In this document: positions 57,003-64,000 of the stretch, one piece after another
How positions within the stretch are numbered: the stretch's first letter is position 1
Layout: the number at the start of each line of letters is the position of its first letter
Assembly (NCBI GenBank): GCA_000165425.1
Contig: CT867985.1
Coordinates: 248,001 to 312,000 of the forward strand
Reading direction: 5' to 3'
From: Paramecium tetraurelia
Lineage: Eukaryota
Length of the DNA: 64,000 bases
The notes under the pieces: generated by a model
Seen by the model: only the letters and a program-made list of their open reading frames with translations
Told to the model about the DNA's origin: nothing
Databases searched by the model: none
Program-made: the position numbers and the translations under genes

Positions 57003-58756
57003 AAAAACTAATCCCACCATAATATTATCTCTTATAAAACAATACAATAGGATATTTGAAAGCATCTTAATTTAAAGAGTAATTCTCAATTATTAAATTA
57101 ATTGAAGCAATAATGAATATCATGAGATCATTTATCTTAACATATTCAATCCAAGATTTCGTAAAATTATATCTTCAATAACAAGAGTAATTTGCCTTTT
57201 GATTTTGACATTAGATTGAAAGAATATTTATTATAAATACAATAGTTTCTCTATTAGATCCTAAAGTTGATTGCTGTTTATTGTTTATTAAGGATAAACT
57301 TTAGGCTTTTCGAAGTCTTATTGTAAATCTAGTTGCGTTGATTTTTAGTCTCAAGTTTTAGAGATTTAGCCTGTTAAGATTTTCATTCTTTTTTTTTGAG
57401 AAATCTAGTTCAATTGATTATTAATTTCAGATTGCATAATAATTGACATAATTTATGAATCATAAGCATAATAGTAAAGGTAATTTAAGATCTTCTTATG
57501 ATATTTTTTTGTGGGGCCAAAATCATAAGTTTTTTCTTTATAGATTCTCTTCCATTTTTACCATAATTATTTAATTTTTTAATTCCAATTTTAGAAAGCA
57601 TAAGTTATATGATTAAGTTCTGTGTATGTTCACTCAGAATATTAATATGAAAATCATTTTCATATAAATTTCTGACAATTTGTTTACAATAATAATGATG
57701 TCTATATAATTAGCTAATCTGAAATTGTAAGATCTAGAGGGAGCTGATGATGTCTGATGAAGTAAAGAAAAGAGATAAGATTTAAGCAAAAGTTCGAAAG
57801 TCGAAGTAATTAAATACATAATATATACAAAATAATTATAGTTAATTTACAAATGCAGACTTTGTAATCCATAATCTAACAAAGAGTTTTGCAATAAATA
57901 AACAAGCAAAAAACAGAACCATTGGAATCCCTCTATATTACTTATGTAATATGAATTATTAAGTTTAGTCTTCAGCCACCAAGATTAAGTTGGCTTTAGA
58001 GGATGCAGCTTAAGTTAGAAAAGTCATGCAAGTAATTCCTATTTTAAGTAGGGCATTCAAAGTGTTCATCTGCAGAAATAGCAATCGGAAGCATTGATTT
58101 CAAACAGCAAAGAGCCTGTTCTGAATGTTGATAACAATAATGCTGCGAATTAACTTAAGAATGAGGAACATAAATAGAGTCCTTAGAAAGGAAGATTCTT
58201 AGTAAGAAATGAATATGGCAACAAAATGCAATCTGAGAATAAAATTAGCCATTCATCAGTTGCTCCCAATAAATACCATAAAAATTAGTCATCCTTTGGG
58301 GAGGGAGGGAAAAAGATTAGAGCCGAGGATATCTGGAAAAGGAGAAAGGATTATGATCAGAAAGTCAGGCAATTCCATTTACCAAAAATAAAAGAATATA
58401 ATAGATTTCAAAACAATAGTTTATAAAAATAACAATCTGGATAGTAAACAGCAGAAATTCAATTCTCAGATGTCTTCAAAGATGATCTTGACGATGATTT
58501 GTTGTAGGAATATAATGAGAAGTAATTTAAATAAGATTAAATTAGATATTATAAAAAATAACTCTTTCTTTGGAACAAAAAATAGAAATAATTTGATATG
58601 GCTAACGATGATTTATTTGATTGATTTATTATTTATTTTAAATAATGACATCAATTAAGGGATTGTAATAAAAATAATAATAAAATCTATTCGTTAGCCT
58701 TGTGTTTTAACTTAATTGTAATATGAAAATTATATAAAATAATTTATTATATTAAT

Positions 58757-59146
58757 ATGTCATAAGTGAAAAAAAGCCTCTTAAAAGTAGAGAAACTATA
58801 ATTCGATATCTACATTAATAAATAGTTAATTTAAGTGGATTACGATGATCAAACTACTGTAGGGGAAGTTCTTGATTTGATTATAAGGAAACAAAACATT
58901 TCGAATTCAGATGTTTCTTTGTATTTGGCAAAAAAAAGTGGTGAACCCAAACTGTCATTTCCTGCCTTAGAGAGAAATAGAAAACTAATCAGAACTAATG
59001 AAAAACGATTTGTTGTTGTGGTGAAGTAGGTGGAACCAGAAATAAAGAACGAATTCCATGAAAAAGATATAAAGATAATTGAAGGGAGACAAAAAAAATA
59101 AAGTATTTTCAAACAACTTTTTGGAATATCAATGACTTGTAAATGA
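58757..59146 (+). CDS. Stand-alone ubiquitin-fold protein, Sin1 CRIM-domain-like (129 aa)
   Basis: Intronless. Contains TTVGEVLDLII..SLYLAKKSGEPKLSFPALERNRKL..RFVVV. Confidence 0.65.
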
Positions 59147-60440
59147 TTTACATCATTTCACATACTATATTTAATTAGCTTTTTAATAAAATATCTTTAA
59201 TTATTATTATAGAGATTATAATTATAAGTTATATTCATATCTTTTACATTATAAAATATTGTAAATATAATAAACATAATTAAACACACATCTATTTAGA
59301 CGTACTGTTAGAATTAGTGATATTGTAAGCTAAATAATTAGTAAGGTAATATCTAAATTCAATGACAAAAGCGAAAACAATATAGGAATTATCCAAAATC
59401 AACTGCTTTTACATTAATAGGTAAACTATGATTATGAAAATAATTAACCTATTTCATAAGTGCATTATTATGAATTATACTTGTGAGCAAACTTTTTTTG
59501 GGTGTGTCTCTAGAGAAGTTCATAAAATAAGTAAGAATAGTGATAGTAGTTGAATTGATTTGTAGATTAAAACAATAAATATAAAGAGAGAGTAATGTGT
59601 GAAGTTAAAATTATAGAGTAATTAGTAAAATAATATAATTAATTTTAGGCTAATTTTGTAAGATTGTTTGATACCTTTGAATTTGCAGAATACTTGTATT
59701 TTGATTTTGAGTAGAACCATGGATTTAATTATTTGATAATCTACTATGGATGTGATGTTTTTGTTAAATTACTTGAGAAGATACTCTCTCAAAAATATGA
59801 TAGATTTTAGGTATTTATATAAGAAATGAGAATAATGTGGAGGCAAAATAACGAATAGGTATTAAGTGGAGAATGAGAACGAAGTATTAACTAATCGAGA
59901 ACTTTAAATTTGAATATATATACATTTCTTAAAACTAGTATAATTATTGGTAAGGAATTTATCTGAAATTAAATCTCATAATGAATAACTATATTCAGCA
60001 TCAAATAGAGTTATACCAATAATTAATCTATAAATTAAAATAAGAAGATTATTAATTTATGGATTAATATCTAAATTAATGAATTAAATATTCTCTATTA
60101 GGATAGTTATATTTATACCCACTTATTTTATTAAAAGGATACTATTTCTTTCATTTATTCATAATAAAGTAGACTAATATTAAGTATTATTTGAAAGCTA
60201 ATAAATATTTGAATTACTTCGAGTCTATAGCCATTATATTTAAAAAGTACTAAGTCTATGTAATTATTTTTTTATTCTAAATAATAACTTGGATAGTATT
60301 TCATCATTTACTTATTTAATTAAGATGATTAATAAATAAATGTTAAAACAATATTGATAAAGATATCGATTTTAAGGCATTCAAAACAATAATGGAATGA
60401 TTCAATAGAATATATAAATATATTAATTACAATTTTGTAA

Positions 60441-61166
60441 TCAAACGATGGAAGCTTATAGATTCCATGTCCTTTATTTTTTTTTTTAATTACTTTCGTA
60501 GTCTAAGGTTATGGATGTTAAATATACTTGTTATATACTTTTTGACCTGCACAACAAAATAGATAATGACTCCTAAGAAGATTGTTTCAATGATAGCTTA
60601 AACCATCATTAAAGTTCCTTAATACAGTTATCCGCAAATGATTTCTTGCTTCTGGTCTTCAGTAATTTCTGTAGGAATTGGTGTCTATTAAGTAGTAGCT
60701 GTTGAATTTTCCTGGAGCAATCGAGTCTTAGATAAAATATTGTATTGCTAAGCATATCCTTGCATGAGTGCCCAAACCAAAAAGTATGTAATTAAGCGAA
60801 TAGCTAGGACGGTTGATGTCAAACAGAGGTACTTTCCAATTTCTGAGGAGGACCTTGAATTGATGCCAAGAAATCCGTAGGTTGAACTTGCAATCCAGAA
60901 AATGTTTCCTCCAACTATAACTAAACACAGTATTGCATATGTGTAACAAGTGGTTCGATAATGGATGAAATAGTATAGGAATCTGATGCACTAATATATA
61001 AATGCACACTAACGATAATGGAAAGTTAACTTACAATTATGAATATATTCGAACTTTGCAAAAACCTAATTTTATCCTCGATAGCCTCATTGAATTCTTC
61101 ACAGTCAGGAGGCAACAGAGAGTCACCTTGTCGTCTTGTAATGATGAAGGGTTTATTGATTTCCAT
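60441..61166 (-). CDS. Multi-pass membrane hypothetical protein
   Basis: MEINKPFIITRRQGDSLLPP, then hydrophobic segments YAILCLVIVGGNIFWI, LITYFLVWAL and IIETIFLGVIIYFVV. Confidence 0.6.
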
Positions 61167-61204
61167 CTCTGGATTTGAATCTAAAAGTTAATATTTATAT
61201 TAAT

Positions 61205-61831
61205 ATGAATCAATTAAGAAATCAGAGAGGCACAGACACAGATGAGGTGTACATTGATCCAGAGAGAGGGATAGCTATTAATGCTCGTTAGATGACCACT
61301 GAATAGCATTTCAAATATTACAAATCCTCATTCAGCACTATGAGACCTGATTTGACTGAATTTGAGTATGAGGCATTTGCCAAGAGATTGAGAGTGGGTA
61401 CTTGAGAATTTTATTATAAAGGTGAGTCATTCTTGAATCACATGAGAGTATTTCTTAATCATGAATCAGGTAGGATCACAAATCTTTATCCTGTAAGTGC
61501 TAGAATGGAAAAAGCTCTGGTATATGATGCATTACTATAATCAAGAACTATTAATAATAATACTTCCATTTGCGTCCTCCTTTTATTTTGGGTCACAGAT
61601 CAAATGCAAATAGAAATTGGGCTGATGCATCAAAGGTGGTGAATTATGTTGAGAAACAATTGCTAAAGATAACAAAATATGGTAACAATATTGAACCCAT
61701 GGGTCTTAGGCTTGGATTATCCTAATTATTATGCACCTGCGACAACACAAGAGTTGAAGTAGAGAGAGGACGAGATTTACGAGAGATTCGTCAGAGAAAT
61801 GAGAAAACCTCCCGTCGTTGCAGCCTAATGA
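61205..61831 (+). CDS. Uncharacterised protein, three introns
   Basis: MNQLRNQRGTDTDEVYIDPERG..FAKRLRV/GESFLNHMRVF..LDYPNYYAP..KPPVVAAQ*. Relatively GC-rich exons. Confidence 0.75.
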
Positions 61832-62050
61832 AATATATACAAATAAACAATATTTTATTATTTGAATCTTTGTACAAATAAACATGCGCTTATGTCTTGG
61901 TGTGTCAATATAGGCATACTCTCAATTCCTATTGATTTTATTCAATTTATCTTTGCCAATATATTTAAACAAAAAAGATTTAGTTTTATTGAGATTAATT
62001 TATAAAATGTCTGAAACTATAATATTTTATTATCTTATAAGCCATTAATT

Positions 62051-62504
62051 ATGAATAGGACTAACAAAAAAATAGTGTTTGAGGATGACATCTCTAGTAC
62101 ACAAAGTTCTGAGGGGGAAGACTACATCCCTAAAAGAATAATTTCTAAATCTAATACTCGAAGGATTCACAAGATTCCCATTGAGCTACAACAATAACTC
62201 TTTCGACAAGTGTTTCAAGAAGGGAAATAGATTAAAGAGGTATTCTTTTACATATTACTATCAGGTTGCCAAAGCTCTAAATCTCAATTACTCTAGTGCT
62301 AAATCTCTAATTCATTATTATAAAAATAATAAACGGTCTGCTCCTTCTGCAGTCTTAGAAGTTTTAAGCGGAAAAAAAGTGTTGGTGTGTCGAGTTTCAC
62401 AAAAAATTGATAAAAAATACAATAATCTAAAAATAGAAGTCAGACAAAATAATCAAATTCTTCACTCCTACAACTACTACGAACCTTTAACAACTATTAA
62501 ATGA
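62051..62504 (+). CDS. Small helix-turn-helix (homeodomain-like) DNA-binding protein
   Basis: KIPIELQQQLFRQVFQEGKQIKE/VAKALNLNYSSAKSLIHYY. One intron. Confidence 0.75.
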
Positions 62505-62718
62505 ATTATAAATGAACATTATTTCATTTATTTACGTTAGATCTTTTTTCCTCAATCTCAATTAGAATGTTAATTTAATAATTTTATACGTTAAATTAAC
62601 ATCAAAATATTGAATTTAAATTATCAATTGAATTGAGTTTTCTAGGTCCTTCAAACATGATGTCCATCAATTAAATTCAAGATAATCAATCAAAATGCTC
62701 TATAATTTTTATTTATAA

Positions 62719-64000
62719 TCATTAAATTAGTATATTTTAACCACCGTACCTCTTTGGAATTGTTTCCTCATCCAAATCTCTTAATAATGCAGTCTTAATC
62801 TCATTGAAATCTTGGCCTATAAAATTTATCTAACCATAAATATCATATAACCTTCTCAACTGTTCTGGATGGTAAAAAGGGCTTTAACATAGCATAAAAA
62901 GATCGAGTCAAGAAGTTTGTATTTAATACATATATTCTAAATTATCTTTCAGGGTAATAATTGAAAATTTCTATAAACGCATTCTTAAGTACGCTGAAAG
63001 AGAAGTTAGCTGGAGTCAGTTTATAACAGTCAATAATCACTATAAATTGATCTACATATCCTCTCATCCTTGATTTATTAATATAAAAATACGATCTAAT
63101 GCCTTCTTCCATCAAACTCTAATGATATTCCAAATACCCCTATTCGGAGAATCCCTATTCTGATTCAAACTTTTCTGGATGTGAATTCATTCCATTAGTT
63201 ACTAAAATCGGATGGCCCCATCTTGAAAACCCCAATTAAGTATGCACATTTTCATTAGCATAAATTTAGTAGTCACTAGTCTTTCTAGAATTGATTTTGT
63301 TCTCCTTTCTCCATTACTTTATAAAATAGTGAATAAAATGTATACCAAGCATTTCAATATCATCTTCTCAGTATCTTTGACTTTATAATTTCTTGCAATC
63401 AAATACCTTATCATAGTCTAGTCATTCAAATATAGATGTCCAATTCTCTCTTTTAATTCAGCCAATGCCTTTAATTATTCTTCATCCTAGTGTGTGATTC
63501 TCTTATGCATATTTTCATATATGGCTGCTGGTTGATTTGGCTGTAGCTGATTATCTACATATCCTAATCTATCCTAAGGTGGAAAATGAATATTTTCTCC
63601 CTTTGAAAATTCATTTTCTAAATTATCCTAATTTGAATGGTCAGTTCCAACAACAATTCTCGATTGGGTTATTGGTATAGATTCATTGTTAATCTACATT
63701 AAGAGTAAATCCAATTCGGTCGAAATTATAGATAGGTTAATTATTTATTCTTTCATCAATTTTCTTATGACTTTCTCATTTTCATCCTTCTTCACTACAT
63801 ACATGTATTGCGTAAAGCATTTAGAATCCTCCTCAACTACGTGTATAATTTCCAAAACTTTAAACATAGATATCAAGTTTTTCTATTATTGTTTATCATT
63901 AGTTATAACCATTGGAAACTTTCCTTGAGAAATTGATTCTCTCGTTAAGAAAAATGAGTTATTTCTCTGAAAATCAAACTATATATATTTGGATTCTAAA
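62719..64000 (-). CDS. CRAL-TRIO/Sec14 lipid-binding protein (5' partial)
   Basis: MIRYLIARNYKVKDTEKM, GFSRWGHPIL, FYHPEQL and C-terminal IPKRYGG. The reading frame runs off the window end. Confidence 0.85.

Noticed and set aside
60441..61166. Initially suspected LITAF-domain protein
   Set aside because: No paired CxxC knuckles on full translation, only TM segments.

Overview
AT-rich, gene-dense eukaryotic DNA that reads as a ciliate macronuclear chromosome segment, most likely Paramecium. TAA/TAG sit in-frame as Gln inside conserved proteins (code 6), TGA is the only stop, introns are tiny (about 20-30 nt, GT..AG), and intergenic spacers are often under 50 nt. The supplied ORF track uses the wrong code, so genes were re-translated by hand. 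About 40 genes are supported, including signal peptide peptidase, mitochondrial uS15, an AMPK/SNF1-like kinase, GILT, PKG, MORN proteins, three alpha/beta hydrolases, two tandem SDRs, MSH2, a PCM-like furin-repeat/crystallin protein, transportin, DIM1, an AGC kinase, RPS8 and a CRAL-TRIO protein. The most notable observations are a large pseudo-HDAC + Kelch-like protein, a LITAF + wolframin-like fusion, a two-TM ENaC/DEG-like candidate, stand-alone Sin1-CRIM-like and EB1-C-terminal-like proteins, a DHHC-to-EAHC variant, MSH2 lacking domain I, an ATGA stop/start overlap, and a truncated TMEM41 relic. Family calls come from recalled motifs, not database searches, and the ends of multi-intron genes are approximate. 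No rRNA, tRNA, telomere or transposon was recognised.
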